Origin: Planctomycetota bacterium
Lineage (GTDB): Bacteria > Planctomycetota > UBA1135 > UBA2386
DNA: 64,000 nt
Direction: 5' to 3'
Assembly: GCA_965228735.1 (NCBI GenBank)
Contig: OZ245838.1
Coordinates: forward strand, 2,112,001-2,176,000
Shown one piece after another: positions 13,501 through 22,606 of the stretch. Each line of letters opens with the position of its first letter. Position 1 is the stretch's first letter. Made by a program: the position numbers and the translations under genes. Below the pieces are notes generated by a model, which was not told the origin of the DNA, made no database searches, and saw only the letters and a program-made list of their open reading frames with translations.

Positions 13501-14168
13501 GGGTTCGCCAACTCGACGACCTCGAGTCCGAGCACCGGCGTGTCGAGCAGCGGGTTCGCGCCGTTCTGGAACTCGAACACCAGATCCTGGGCGGTCGTCG
13601 CGTCCACGACTCGCGAGAAGCGCCGATAGCTGCCCCACGACTCGTCGAAACCGGCTTTGCGAGTCGGCTGCCGCGCCGCGGCTCCCACCGCGAACGCGCT
13701 GCCGTTGAGCAGCACACCGAGCTCCTCGATCGGCGCGCTGCCGCCGTTCTGCGCGGCGGCGTCGTTGTAGGCCCGACCGACGACCAGGCGGATCTGGTAC
13801 GTGCCGTCCGCCGGCACGTCGACGCGGAACTGCATCGCCGCCCCGGATTCGATGCCGTCGACGAGCAGGGCATCGGGCAGGTTCCGCAGCTGCTCGGGCT
13901 CGATCGATGGCACCGAGAACGCCGTCTGGGTGGTGAGGAACCCGTAACCCGTGGGCGCGCCGTAGGTGTCCGTCGGACCGACGGCCGTGAATCCGGCAGC
14001 GATCGTCTGACCGGTCGGGCCGAAGTCGAGTCGGACCGACCACGGCGGCAACGGGACCGGGGTCTTGGGGTTCTGCGCCGCCGCAGACGTAGAGAACGGG
14101 AACGAGAAGAGAGTGAGCGCGAGCACGGGTGCAACGCGACGCACTCCGAACGGAGTCAGTCGTGTCAT
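10548..14168 (-). CDS. Large secreted protein: N-terminal beta-sandwich carbohydrate-binding-like domain, uncharacterised core, Ig/CARDB-like C-terminus
   Basis: Signal peptide ending AAAQ; VRLDFGP...GFTAV...YGF...FRVDVP..GTYQI pattern; 1206 aa. Confidence 0.75.
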   Translation of the reverse strand: MTRLTPFGVRRVAPVLALTLFSFPFSTSAAAQNPKTPVPLPPWSVRLDFGPTGQTIAAGFTAVGPTDTYGAPTGYGFLTTQTAFSVPSIEPEQLRNLPDALLVDGIESGAAMQFRVDVPADGTYQIRLVVGRAYNDAAAQNGGSAPIEELGVLLNGSAFAVGAAARQPTRKAGFDESWGSYRRFSRVVDATTAQDLVFEFQNGANPLLDTPVLGLEVVELANPVPVVLDPASNKLVAQGSAAMNALVQSALDKINASTPDYDGAWSDLENAVPSNANERLAVAWARAWWLGWLRGDEDLGFVFENGYPRDAARLEALAAELVSLQSQLPGDARVHSLLLDVRDFRRGAHRVLARGYEHGDGSNGEFPLDDTYYTSLGAGQKYENRLLASLCTGEALLTQVDGDVVADVAGAAAFPSPFHAKSRAWIARATLGRNVYFHAQFADWNHYRLALFDALWPRVDPASSDLLFPKAHGVRTVTWFVRNYVDPLSTEPRWIQPYDGAMPPGNDFDEAWWADRIATADLPSDPAWAGAAHRMARLGWSLGNWWRERRQFSIGAFGVGEIGGGDSDDVELASGLGRLLVSRIEDAADPVRAFTLGLLDLTMRGPNATVDLDQGYYYDAGALGINDVEHASEHTSLPLSFLMPTRLGDPRYVELAMRLTRNVDQRDALGNDPPGDESWTIPYGTGYVGRTFTAWHFDAYRVKQSDDFTGTLITKALLPSFELVAYSGNETAERYLIELGRVWAEAAMSTGPTLGSTGTTKPYGIAPPGFQPSTGAIGTSNWYTVPSLSGGINYYVDGIYTMIAMAADAETDPVKRQRMFGALYSAIEFVANNIPPVGSTPNQGTDEWVAQRLAATMSRLALRMRGQLAIEVAAIYDAMVVDGLLALSEDAYTGLLAQPPASPGNGKDLTVVTNTLAHGATHWQVLWPLATDWVTYTDRATVDVPALFTTQVLAGGGALETSNRAPISWGDRSGGALRLDDVALVVTEADSALTAAGDLGMRALVYSMTSLPSTELTLFVRGGYPAGDYTLEIGVDNDGDQIIDGPVAGVPQSTPVTVRRGATAIDVPALPARTNVVCELRFVAAAPGSPGAQVDLALNPETVEVDVAAGSMTLTVHNLGTADYDPAAMGLSYNSRVFAYRNGALIGGAVLPVVPAPQGLDPSSVVVTFPLFVAVTPGDDLVIEIVEHAEFEELSALNQRVMHTVQ

Positions 14169-14386
14169 GCTGAACCGACGGCATCACGGCGACGACCGTC
14201 ACGCGGTTTTGCGGACCGAATCGAGCCGAGCGACGCGGACCGCTCCCCCGCCGCGACCCAACGATCGCCGCCTGCCCCCCGATCAGCCCATCACTCCGCC
14301 GGTCGCCCCATTCACGCGCCCGCCGATGCCTCGGCGGCCGGTGGCGCGGGCCCCAACCCCGCGTCCATCCGGTATCATCGTCGATC

Positions 14387-16882
14387 ATGCGCGCAATCGT
14401 GTCGGGGCTCACCGTTCTCCTGACCGCCAGCCTCGCCGCTCAGTGCGACACCGAGTGGTTACCGGGAAAGGGCGTGCGTGGCGTCGACTTCTTCGTCAGC
14501 GCCTCGGTGCTCTGGGATCCCGACGGGTCGGGCCCGCAGTCCGAGCTCTGGGTGATCGGCGGCCGGTTCTCGATCGTCGGCGCGACGCTCGCGAACCACA
14601 TCGCGACCTACGATCCGGCAACGGACACGTGGGGCACGCTCGGCCAGGGCTTCGACCGGGAGGTTTTGAGCCTCGCCGTGTTGCCCAACAACGACCTCGT
14701 CGCGGGCGGCATCTTCCAACACGCCGACGGCGCGCCGGCGCGCGGCGTCGCGCGCTGGAACGGGTCCGGTTGGCAGCCGATGGGCGCGGGCCTCGACGGC
14801 TCGGTCCGCGCGCTCGCGGTGCGTGCGAACGGTCAGCTCGTCGCTGCCGGCTATCTGACGGGCACGGGCGGCGTGAACCTCAACAACGTCGCGTTCTGGA
14901 ACGGGACCTCGTGGTTTCCGGGGCTGCACATCCAGCTCGGCTCCGTTTCGTGCATGCAGGCATTGCCGAGCGGCGGCCTCGTGTTCGGCGGCTCGTTCGG
15001 CTACGCGGGCGGCAACCCGGTCGGCAACATCGCGATGTGGGACGGCAGCCACTGGTCGAACCTCAACGGCGGCTGCGTCGGCGTCGTCAGCGACCTCGAG
15101 TTCATGCCGAACGGCGACCTCGTCGCGGCCGGCAACTACACCGTCACGAACAGCCCTGGCGTGCGCCACCTGGCGCGCTGGGACGGCAGCCAATGGACCG
15201 CGCTCGGCTCGACCCTGCCCGCCGGCGCGATGACCGTGCGCAGCACCGGCGAGCTGATCGTCAGCGCCGATGGCTTCCAGTTGCCCATGGGCCAACACAG
15301 CGGTTTCGTCGCGTTCGACGGCGCCACCTGGACCGCGATCGGCGGCCCGATCGAGCTCGCAGCCACCGTCGCCGCGCTGCCAAACGGCGACCTGCTCGCC
15401 GGCGGCATCTGCGAGGTCGTCGGCGAACCGGCCAACGGCATCGCACGCTGGGACGGCACGCAGTGGCGGCCCCTTGTACGCGAAGGCTTCGATCGCGCAC
15501 CGTCGACCGTGACCACGCTGGCCAACGGCGACCTCGTCGTCGCCGGTGAGTTCCGGGTCATCGATCAGACGATGGCGCGGCGCATCGCGCGCTGGGACGG
15601 CAACCAATGGTCCGCTCTGGCCGCGGGCCTGGACGAGCCGCCGTGGGCGATGACGAGCATGGGCAACGGCGACCTCGTCGTCGCCGGCCCGTTCTTCGAT
15701 GCCGGCGGCCAGGGCATCGAACGACTCGCGCGATGGGACGGCGCGGCGTGGTCGGGCATGGGGCTCAACTGGCCCTATCCCTACAACTTCATCAACAACA
15801 TCATGAGCCTCGTGACGCTGCCGAACGGCGACCTCGTCGTCGGCGGGCAGTTCGGCTTCATCGGCAGCTCGACGGCGAGTGGTATCGCCCGCTGGGACGG
15901 CTCGCAATGGAGCGCCGTCGGCAACGCGCCGAGCTATGGCTTCCGGGCGCTTGCCGTCGCGCCGGACGAAACCCTGCACGCGGCGGGCTGGTTCCAGTTC
16001 AGCGGCGGCCCGACGCATGCCGTCGCGCGCTGGGACGGGTCGTCGTGGCAGCCGCTCGGGTCCCTCCTCGGCACGGTGTGGTCGATCGGATTCTTGCCGA
16101 CCGGCGAGGTGGTCGCCGGCGGCACGCTACAGGTCGGCGGCTCACCGCACGGCGTTGCCGTGTGGAACGGCACCGACTGGACCGCTCCGGGCGGCGGCGT
16201 GCCGCTGACCGGCAACCAGACGGTAAACGCGGTCATGGCGGTGCCGAACGGCGACCTGCTCGTGGGCGGCGACTTCGATTCGGCCGGCGGGGTTCAGGCG
16301 CGCGGGGCCGCGCGCTGGGACGGCACCGACTGGTCGGAGGTCGATCTCGGCACCAACGGCCCGATCCGCGCGATGACCCGGCGCAACGGCGGCAGCGTCA
16401 CCGCGGTCGGCTCGTTCACGACGGCGGGCGACACGACGTCGGCGTACCTCGCGACGCTCGCGTCGAGCTGTCCAGCGAGCATCGCAAGCAGCGCCCCGGG
16501 CTGCAGCGGCAGCGCCGGCCTCAACGAACTCACCGCGCTGAACCTGCCCTTTGCGGGCGCGACGCTACGCGCGCGGGCCTCGGGGCTGACGCCGACCGCG
16601 CTCGCGCTCGGCGTCTTCGGCCTGCAGACGACCTCGCTGCCGCTCGGGCAGCTCACGCCGCTCGCCGGCGCTGGCTGCACGCTCGCCGTCGCGACCGACA
16701 TCGTGAGGGCCTACCTGCCGGTCGGCGGCAGCTTCGAGACCGAGGTCGAGATCCCCAACGTCGCGGCACTCGCGGGCATCCAGGCGCACCAGCAGGTGAT
16801 CGCCGCGGAGCTCGACGCGCAAGGCGCAATCACAGCGGTCACGGCGACGAACTCGCTGAGCGCCACGATCGGTGCGTTCTGA
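14387..16882 (+). CDS. Secreted beta-propeller repeat protein (ARWDG repeats)
   Basis: Signal peptide; many repeats of PNGDLVxxG...IARWDGxxW; distinct C-terminal domain. Confidence 0.85.
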   Translation: MRAIVSGLTVLLTASLAAQCDTEWLPGKGVRGVDFFVSASVLWDPDGSGPQSELWVIGGRFSIVGATLANHIATYDPATDTWGTLGQGFDREVLSLAVLPNNDLVAGGIFQHADGAPARGVARWNGSGWQPMGAGLDGSVRALAVRANGQLVAAGYLTGTGGVNLNNVAFWNGTSWFPGLHIQLGSVSCMQALPSGGLVFGGSFGYAGGNPVGNIAMWDGSHWSNLNGGCVGVVSDLEFMPNGDLVAAGNYTVTNSPGVRHLARWDGSQWTALGSTLPAGAMTVRSTGELIVSADGFQLPMGQHSGFVAFDGATWTAIGGPIELAATVAALPNGDLLAGGICEVVGEPANGIARWDGTQWRPLVREGFDRAPSTVTTLANGDLVVAGEFRVIDQTMARRIARWDGNQWSALAAGLDEPPWAMTSMGNGDLVVAGPFFDAGGQGIERLARWDGAAWSGMGLNWPYPYNFINNIMSLVTLPNGDLVVGGQFGFIGSSTASGIARWDGSQWSAVGNAPSYGFRALAVAPDETLHAAGWFQFSGGPTHAVARWDGSSWQPLGSLLGTVWSIGFLPTGEVVAGGTLQVGGSPHGVAVWNGTDWTAPGGGVPLTGNQTVNAVMAVPNGDLLVGGDFDSAGGVQARGAARWDGTDWSEVDLGTNGPIRAMTRRNGGSVTAVGSFTTAGDTTSAYLATLASSCPASIASSAPGCSGSAGLNELTALNLPFAGATLRARASGLTPTALALGVFGLQTTSLPLGQLTPLAGAGCTLAVATDIVRAYLPVGGSFETEVEIPNVAALAGIQAHQQVIAAELDAQGAITAVTATNSLSATIGAF

Positions 16883-17039
16883 TCGTTCGCGATCTGCGAG
16901 GCGCCGACCTGCGCCGATCGACGTGCTCGCCGAGCAGGATCGCGGATCGCCCTCGCGCACGACCAGGTCTCGTTCGGCACCTGAATGCTGCCGGCACCGT
17001 TCCTGCGCAGAGCGGCGTCGCTATGCTGTTCGCCCCCAC

Positions 17040-18500
17040 ATGACCGACTTCGCCCGCGACCTCACTCCCCGCGAGATCCAGAAGCGCCTGGACGACTACA
17101 TCGTCGGCCAGCCCAAGGCCAAGCGCGCGGTCGCCGTCGCGCTGCGCAATCGCTGGCGGCGCCGGCAGCTCGGCCCCGAGCTCGCGGCCGACGTGTATCC
17201 GAAGAACATCCTGCTCATCGGCCCGACGGGCGTCGGCAAGACCGAGATCGCGCGCCGGCTCGCGACGCTCGCGCGCGCGCCGTTCGTCAAGGTCGAGGCG
17301 ACGAAATACTCCGAGACCGGCTACCACGGTCGCGACGTCGAGTCGATGGTGCGCGATCTCGTCGACAACTCCGTCGCGCTGGTGCGCGCCGAGAAGGTCA
17401 AGGAGGTCGAGGCCAAGGCGACGCAGGCCGCGAACGATCGCGTGTTCTTCGCGCTCGCCGAAGAGGAGGGGCTGCACGACTACCAGGGGCTCGTGGGCGA
17501 AGGCTACGGCGATGATGACGACAACGACGGCGAGCCCGAGATCTGGCGCGCGCGTCCGCTCGACGGCGAGACGCCCGGCAACGTCGGCGGCAGCGAAGAG
17601 CTCGCCCAGCGCGAGCAGCGCCGCGTCGTTCTCAGAAGCGACCTCGAGGCCGGCAAGCTCGATGACCGCGTCATCGAGATCGAGGTGCAGGACAGCAAGA
17701 CGCCGACGCTGTCCGTCATGGGACCGCAGGGCAACGAGACGATGGGCATCGACGCCCAGGCCCTGCAGGAGATGTGGGGTCGCGCGCCGGGCAACCGCAT
17801 GAAGGTGCGCAAGCTCACGGTCAGCGAGGCGCGCGCGATCTGCCATGACGAGGAAGCCGACAAGCTGCTCGACCAGGATCAGATCGTCGCCGAGGCGCTC
17901 GACCGCGCGCAGAACGACGGCATCGTGTTCGTCGACGAGATCGACAAGATCGTGAGCTCGGGCGGCAGCGACGGCCCGGACGTGTCCCGCGAGGGCGTGC
18001 AGCGAGATCTGCTGTCCGTCGTGGAGGGCTGCGCGGTCTACACCCGCTACGGTCACGTGCGCACGGATCACGTGCTGTTCCTGTGCGCCGGCGCGTTCCA
18101 CTTCCACAAGCCGAGCGAGCTGATCCCCGAGCTGCAGGGCCGCTTCCCCGTGCGCGTCGCGCTGCAGTCGCTCACCGAGGCCGACTTCGTCCGCATCCTG
18201 ACCGAGCCGAAGAACGCGCTGACGCGGCAATACGTGGCGCTGTTCGACACCGAGGGCGTGACCCTGAAGTTCACGGCCGATGGGGTCGAACGCCTCGCCG
18301 GCGTGGCGTTCCGGGCCAACAAGACGACGCAGGACATCGGTGCCCGGCGGCTCATGACGATCCTCGAGAAGTGCCTCGAGGATCTGTCTTTCGACGCCAG
18401 CGAGCGGCGCGGCGAGACCATCGTCATCGACCGGTCGGTGGTCGACGACCGGCTCGGCGAGTCCGGCGATGACGAGGACCTGATCCGCTACGAGATGTAG
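17040..18500 (+). CDS. hslU: ATP-dependent protease ATPase subunit HslU
   Basis: LTPREI, NILLIGPTGVGKTEIARRLA, KVEATK, GRDVESMVRDL, FVDEIDKI, VSREGVQRDLL, PELQGRFP, IGARRL. Confidence 0.96.
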   Translation: MTDFARDLTPREIQKRLDDYIVGQPKAKRAVAVALRNRWRRRQLGPELAADVYPKNILLIGPTGVGKTEIARRLATLARAPFVKVEATKYSETGYHGRDVESMVRDLVDNSVALVRAEKVKEVEAKATQAANDRVFFALAEEEGLHDYQGLVGEGYGDDDDNDGEPEIWRARPLDGETPGNVGGSEELAQREQRRVVLRSDLEAGKLDDRVIEIEVQDSKTPTLSVMGPQGNETMGIDAQALQEMWGRAPGNRMKVRKLTVSEARAICHDEEADKLLDQDQIVAEALDRAQNDGIVFVDEIDKIVSSGGSDGPDVSREGVQRDLLSVVEGCAVYTRYGHVRTDHVLFLCAGAFHFHKPSELIPELQGRFPVRVALQSLTEADFVRILTEPKNALTRQYVALFDTEGVTLKFTADGVERLAGVAFRANKTTQDIGARRLMTILEKCLEDLSFDASERRGETIVIDRSVVDDRLGESGDDEDLIRYEM

Positions 18501-18539
18501 CGGGCCCCGCCTCCCCAAGGGCCCGGACCAGCGCCCCGG

Positions 18540-18603
18540 CTCCCCAACGGCCAGTCTCCCCAACGGCTGGGTTCCCCAACGGCTGGGCTCCCCAACGTTC
18601 CGG
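18540..18603 (+). repeat. Intergenic 16-bp tandem repeat YTCCCCAACGGCTGGG x4
   Basis: Units at 18540, 18556, 18572 and 18588; a degenerate copy at 18511. Confidence 0.85.
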
Positions 18604-18721
18604 CTGCCCGGCGGCGCCGGGCCCGCCCCGAGGCGGATTTCCGGGAACGGCAGCCCCGGACCGCCCTACCATCCGCCGTTGCGGCCTAGGCGGCCGCGGC
18701 CTATCGCTCGATGGAGGCCCC

Positions 18722-19306
18722 GTGATCGAAATCTCGAACGAGACAGTGATGGCAGCCCGCCGCGGTGACCAGGAGGCCGCGCGGGTGCTCGTGGAGCTGC
18801 TCCACCGCCCCGTCATCGCGACGATCTACCGCTTCCTCGGCACGGGCTTCAAGAAGGACGTCGAGGACATCGCGCAGGACGTGTTCCTCAAGATCTTCCG
18901 CGCGATCGACCGCTTCGACAGCAGCCGTGCCAAGTTCACGACCTGGGTCTACACCTTCGTGCGGAACCACTGCTTCGACGTGCTCAAGCGCCGGCGGCTG
19001 CCGACGACGAGCATGCACGCGGTCACGGACGACGACGAGCCGCAGCGCGACTTCGCCGATGGTCGCGAGCTGCAGCCCGTCGCCGAGGCCGAGAACGAAG
19101 AGCTCGGTCGCCGCATCGGCGAGGCGCTGCAGAAGCTCGGCGAGGACCAGCGCATGGTGTTCATCCTGCGCGAGTACGAGGGCCTCGACTACCGCGAGAT
19201 CGCGGACGTGACCGGCGTGAACGAGGGCACGGTCAAGTCCCGCCTGTTCCGCGCGAAGGAAGCCCTGCGCAACCAACTCGAACCCTACCTCAAGGCCGGA
19301 GCATGA
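18722..19306 (+). CDS. ECF RNA polymerase sigma factor
   Basis: EDIAQDVFLKIFR, FTTWVY...NHCFD (region 2); RMVFILREYEGLDYREIA...GTVKSRLFRAK (region 4). Confidence 0.95.
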   Translation: MIEISNETVMAARRGDQEAARVLVELLHRPVIATIYRFLGTGFKKDVEDIAQDVFLKIFRAIDRFDSSRAKFTTWVYTFVRNHCFDVLKRRRLPTTSMHAVTDDDEPQRDFADGRELQPVAEAENEELGRRIGEALQKLGEDQRMVFILREYEGLDYREIADVTGVNEGTVKSRLFRAKEALRNQLEPYLKAGA

Positions 19307-20052
19307 CGCGCAACGCCTGGAACGACGACGACCGGATGATCGACGCGAGTGCATTCGATGAAGCTGCGGGCACGTTCGAAGGCCGGAGCTTTCCGACCGA
19401 GGACGAGTGGCTCGGACTCGCGCCGTCCGCGGACCTGACGATCGACGACGACTTCGTCGCTCGCACGATCGCGGCGATTCGCGCGCCGACCGAGGAGCAA
19501 CTCGAGCACTTCGAGCCGCCGGCCGTGAGCGACGACTTCGTGAGCCGCACGCTGTTCGCGATCCAGGACGATCGACGGCGCCGCTGGCGCGAGCTGCTCG
19601 CGCGCTACGTCGCGCCGGAGCCGTCCGCGGAGTTCGTGTCGCGCACGCTCCACGCCCTGGCCGCCCGATCGGATGGCCGGGAATCAGATGTTCGCGAATC
19701 GGATGTTCGGAGAGCCGGCGGCTCGCGGGGACGAGAGGGAACAGCGGACCGCTCGACGCCGAGCGCGGCGGAAGCTGCTCCCGAACGGCGACCCGGCGCC
19801 GTCCTCCGCATGTGGGCGCTGCCGCTGCTCGCCGCGGCGGCCGTCCTGATCGTGGCGTTCCTGCTCCCGCAGGACGAGGTGCTGCCGATCGAACGGCGCG
19901 CGGCGGAGACGCAGCCCGCGGCGTTCGGCGTCGCCCACGCGGCGTCGCCGTTGCCGGCGCTGCTCGTCAAGATGGACCAGGACGATGACCCGTACGGCCT
20001 GCCCAACACGGGTGGCGACGGGGTCTGGCTGATGCTGCAGAGGAGCCGCTGA
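19303..20052 (+). CDS. Putative membrane-anchored anti-sigma factor
   Basis: ATGA overlap with the sigma stop; single TM near the C-terminus; three (D/A)(D/E)FVxRT repeats. Confidence 0.65.
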   Translation: MTRNAWNDDDRMIDASAFDEAAGTFEGRSFPTEDEWLGLAPSADLTIDDDFVARTIAAIRAPTEEQLEHFEPPAVSDDFVSRTLFAIQDDRRRRWRELLARYVAPEPSAEFVSRTLHALAARSDGRESDVRESDVRRAGGSRGREGTADRSTPSAAEAAPERRPGAVLRMWALPLLAAAAVLIVAFLLPQDEVLPIERRAAETQPAAFGVAHAASPLPALLVKMDQDDDPYGLPNTGGDGVWLMLQRSR

Positions 20053-21626
20053 TGGCAACGGCCGGGAGCGAGCAGAACGGCTGTATCGCGCGGTGGAGCG
20101 CGCTCGGCGGGCTGTGGAGCGTGCTCTTCGCGTTCTTCGGCGCCGCGCTACCCAGCCAGGAAAACGCGTCTCAGGAGAGCGCGTCTCTCGGGAACGCGTC
20201 TCAGCACCTGACGCGCATCAAGAAGGTGCTCGTCGAGCTCGACCGGGCCTTCGATGCGGGCGACGTCGCGGGCTTCCTCGCGGCGTTCGAGCCCGACCAC
20301 CCGGGGGCGCACGCGATGCTCGAGGATCACCTGCGCCAGCTGTTCCCGGCGGCGTCGCCGACAGCGCGCTCGGATAACCGTCGGGGCGCATCGAAGCCGA
20401 GCGCCCCGCCCCACTACACGCGGCAGTCCGAGATCATCGGCGCTCCGCGCGCCGTCGGACCGCGCACCGTGGTGCGAGTCCGCCACCAGGTGTTCCGCGA
20501 CGGCAAACGCGTGCGGGCCCAGCTGCGAGACTCGATCATCGCGTTCCGCACTCCGGCCGGGCAGGCCCCCGTGCCGACCTTCCTCGTGGAAACGCCGCGG
20601 AGCAACGACTGTCCGGCCGGCAACACGTTCCGCTGCCCGCCTTGCAACTACGAGGTCGGCGGCGTTCCCGGCTGGCTGTGCGTGCCCGTCGGGCGCGACC
20701 GCGCGCAGGCCCTCGAGGCCTCGAGCTTCTACCTCGCGGGCACCGACCTGGCATGCGACGTCTCGGTGCGGATCGACGGCTCGGGTCGCTCCCCGACGCA
20801 GCTCGTCGAAGGCCTCGCCGCGGCGCTCCGTGACATGGAGCCCGGCGCCGAGGTCGGCCTCGCCACGCATTGGCTGCCGCCGGCGCACGCCGACAACGAC
20901 ATCGTCGAGGACCCGCCGTTCCCCGGCCTCACGGGCGCGCGCATCGAGATCCGCCTGCCGGCCACCGGCGACGCGAGCGGCAACGTGGCGCTGTTCCACG
21001 TCGTTCAGTTCGGCGCGTTGCAGCACCTGTTGCTCGTGCGCGGCAGCCGCACGGCGATGACGAACCACGCCGACGCGCTGCAGGGTCTGCTAGCGAGTTT
21101 CCACCTCATCGACATGGACGCCGAGCGCGCCGCCGCCGGCGCACGCGCGTTGCTCCACCACGTCGGCGGCGTCGTCAAGGACGGCCGCTACGAGAACGAC
21201 AAGCACGGCATCCGGATGCAGGGGCCGAAGGACTGGCGGGTCTCGCAACGCTGCGGCGGCGCGCTGCTGCGCGTGATCTGGCGCGGACCGCGCGACAGCC
21301 GGCTGTACCTCACCGGGTTCGCCGTTCCCGCGGGCATGGACCACTGGTGCGAGAAGACGGCCGAGCACTGGGTCAAGCGCCTGTGCGACACGGCGGGCAT
21401 CGACCTTCCAGCTCGCGTCGAAGGCTGGCGCGATGATGCCGCGTGCGAAGCGCAGGCCCGCACGCTGCGCTGCAAGGCCGCCCGCCCTGACGGCGCCCCG
21501 GGCAAGGCCGACCGCATCCTGCGCGTCATGTTCCGCAAGAACCTGCTCGTCGTCGCCGACGGCACCGCGATGCACGACGCCGACTGGGACGCGATCCACG
21601 CCGCCCTCGCGACCCTCCGACTCTAG
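20052..21626 (+). CDS. Exported hypothetical protein, third gene of the ECF operon
   Basis: TGATG overlap with the upstream stop; hydrophobic N-terminus; 524 aa. Confidence 0.7.
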   Translation: MATAGSEQNGCIARWSALGGLWSVLFAFFGAALPSQENASQESASLGNASQHLTRIKKVLVELDRAFDAGDVAGFLAAFEPDHPGAHAMLEDHLRQLFPAASPTARSDNRRGASKPSAPPHYTRQSEIIGAPRAVGPRTVVRVRHQVFRDGKRVRAQLRDSIIAFRTPAGQAPVPTFLVETPRSNDCPAGNTFRCPPCNYEVGGVPGWLCVPVGRDRAQALEASSFYLAGTDLACDVSVRIDGSGRSPTQLVEGLAAALRDMEPGAEVGLATHWLPPAHADNDIVEDPPFPGLTGARIEIRLPATGDASGNVALFHVVQFGALQHLLLVRGSRTAMTNHADALQGLLASFHLIDMDAERAAAGARALLHHVGGVVKDGRYENDKHGIRMQGPKDWRVSQRCGGALLRVIWRGPRDSRLYLTGFAVPAGMDHWCEKTAEHWVKRLCDTAGIDLPARVEGWRDDAACEAQARTLRCKAARPDGAPGKADRILRVMFRKNLLVVADGTAMHDADWDAIHAALATLRL

Positions 21627-21661
21627 CCGTACGGTACCGGGTTCATCCTGCCGGCAACGCG

Positions 21662-22543
21662 TCAGTTCGTCAGACTGCCGAGCCAGGCATCCGCGAAGCG
21701 GTCGCCCGCGGCCGGCGCGTGGCGGAAGAACAGCGACGGCTCCACGAGCTCGAGCTCCACGAGCCGCGGCCGGTCGTGCTCGTCGACGAGCCAGTCGGCG
21801 CGCGCGTAGAGCAGGTCGACGTCGAGTTCGGCGCTGGCCGCCGCGACGGCTCCACGCGCGAGAGCGAGTTCGGCGGCGCTCGGCTCCCATGGCTCGTCCT
21901 GCCCGCCGTAGTCGTCCTGCACGCGATAGTCGCCCGCCTGGGGCACCTTGCGGACGCAGTGCGACAGTTCGCCGCCGAAGAACATCGCGGACGTCTCACC
22001 GTGGCTCGTCACGCTCTTGACGAACGGCTGCAGCATGTAGTCGCGCTCCCCGATCACGGCATCGATGTGCGACTGGCCGCGCGCGATGCCGGCGTGGTCG
22101 AAGCTGAACCGGACGGTGCCCTCCGCGGTCGCGCCGACGCACGGCTTGAGGAAGCCTTCGCGGCCGCCGATCGCCGTCGTGAGCGCGGCGAGATCGGGGC
22201 GACTGCCGCGATCGAGCCACACGGTCGGCACGGTCGCGACGCCGGCCTTGCCGAGCGCGCGCAGGTAGCTCTTGTGCGTGTTCCACTCGACGACCCGCGC
22301 AGGGTTAGCGAGTCGCGTCACGGCCTCGACCCGGCGCGCCCAGTCGCAGAACGCCCCGACCCGCGCGGTGTAGTCCCACGTCGTCCGGATCAGCACGGCG
22401 TCGTAGCGCGCCCAGTCGACCGTATCGTCGTCCCATATCGCGTGCTCGAACGCGACGCCGCGCCGCTCCAAGGCCGCGTGGAACGGTCGATCGTCGGCCT
22501 CGTGGGCCGGCAGTTCCCGGCAGGTGGCGAGCGCGAGCAGCAC
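21662..22543 (-). CDS. RimK/glutathione-synthetase-like ATP-grasp protein
   Basis: RTTWDY, WNTHKSYL, LKPCVGA, MLQPF, DYRVQDDYGG, YARAD, ELELVEPSLF. Start set at GTG 22543; the longer ORF overlaps the + strand gene. Confidence 0.88.
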   Translation of the reverse strand: MLLALATCRELPAHEADDRPFHAALERRGVAFEHAIWDDDTVDWARYDAVLIRTTWDYTARVGAFCDWARRVEAVTRLANPARVVEWNTHKSYLRALGKAGVATVPTVWLDRGSRPDLAALTTAIGGREGFLKPCVGATAEGTVRFSFDHAGIARGQSHIDAVIGERDYMLQPFVKSVTSHGETSAMFFGGELSHCVRKVPQAGDYRVQDDYGGQDEPWEPSAAELALARGAVAAASAELDVDLLYARADWLVDEHDRPRLVELELVEPSLFFRHAPAAGDRFADAWLGSLTN

Positions 22544-22606
22544 GCGATGAGCATGCCCGTGCCCGGCCCGAGTTGCCACCGCGGCGAGCCGCCGTAGACT
22601 GCGCCC

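Noticed and set aside
11013..14423. 1136-aa + strand ORF and other long Arg/Ala-rich ORFs (7263-9548, 43834-46335, 51725-54379, 60893-63850)
   Set aside because: Shadow frames of genuine genes in high-GC DNA; no recognisable motifs.
18540..18603. Possible CRISPR array
   Set aside because: 16-bp units are directly adjacent without unique spacers, and there are no cas genes.
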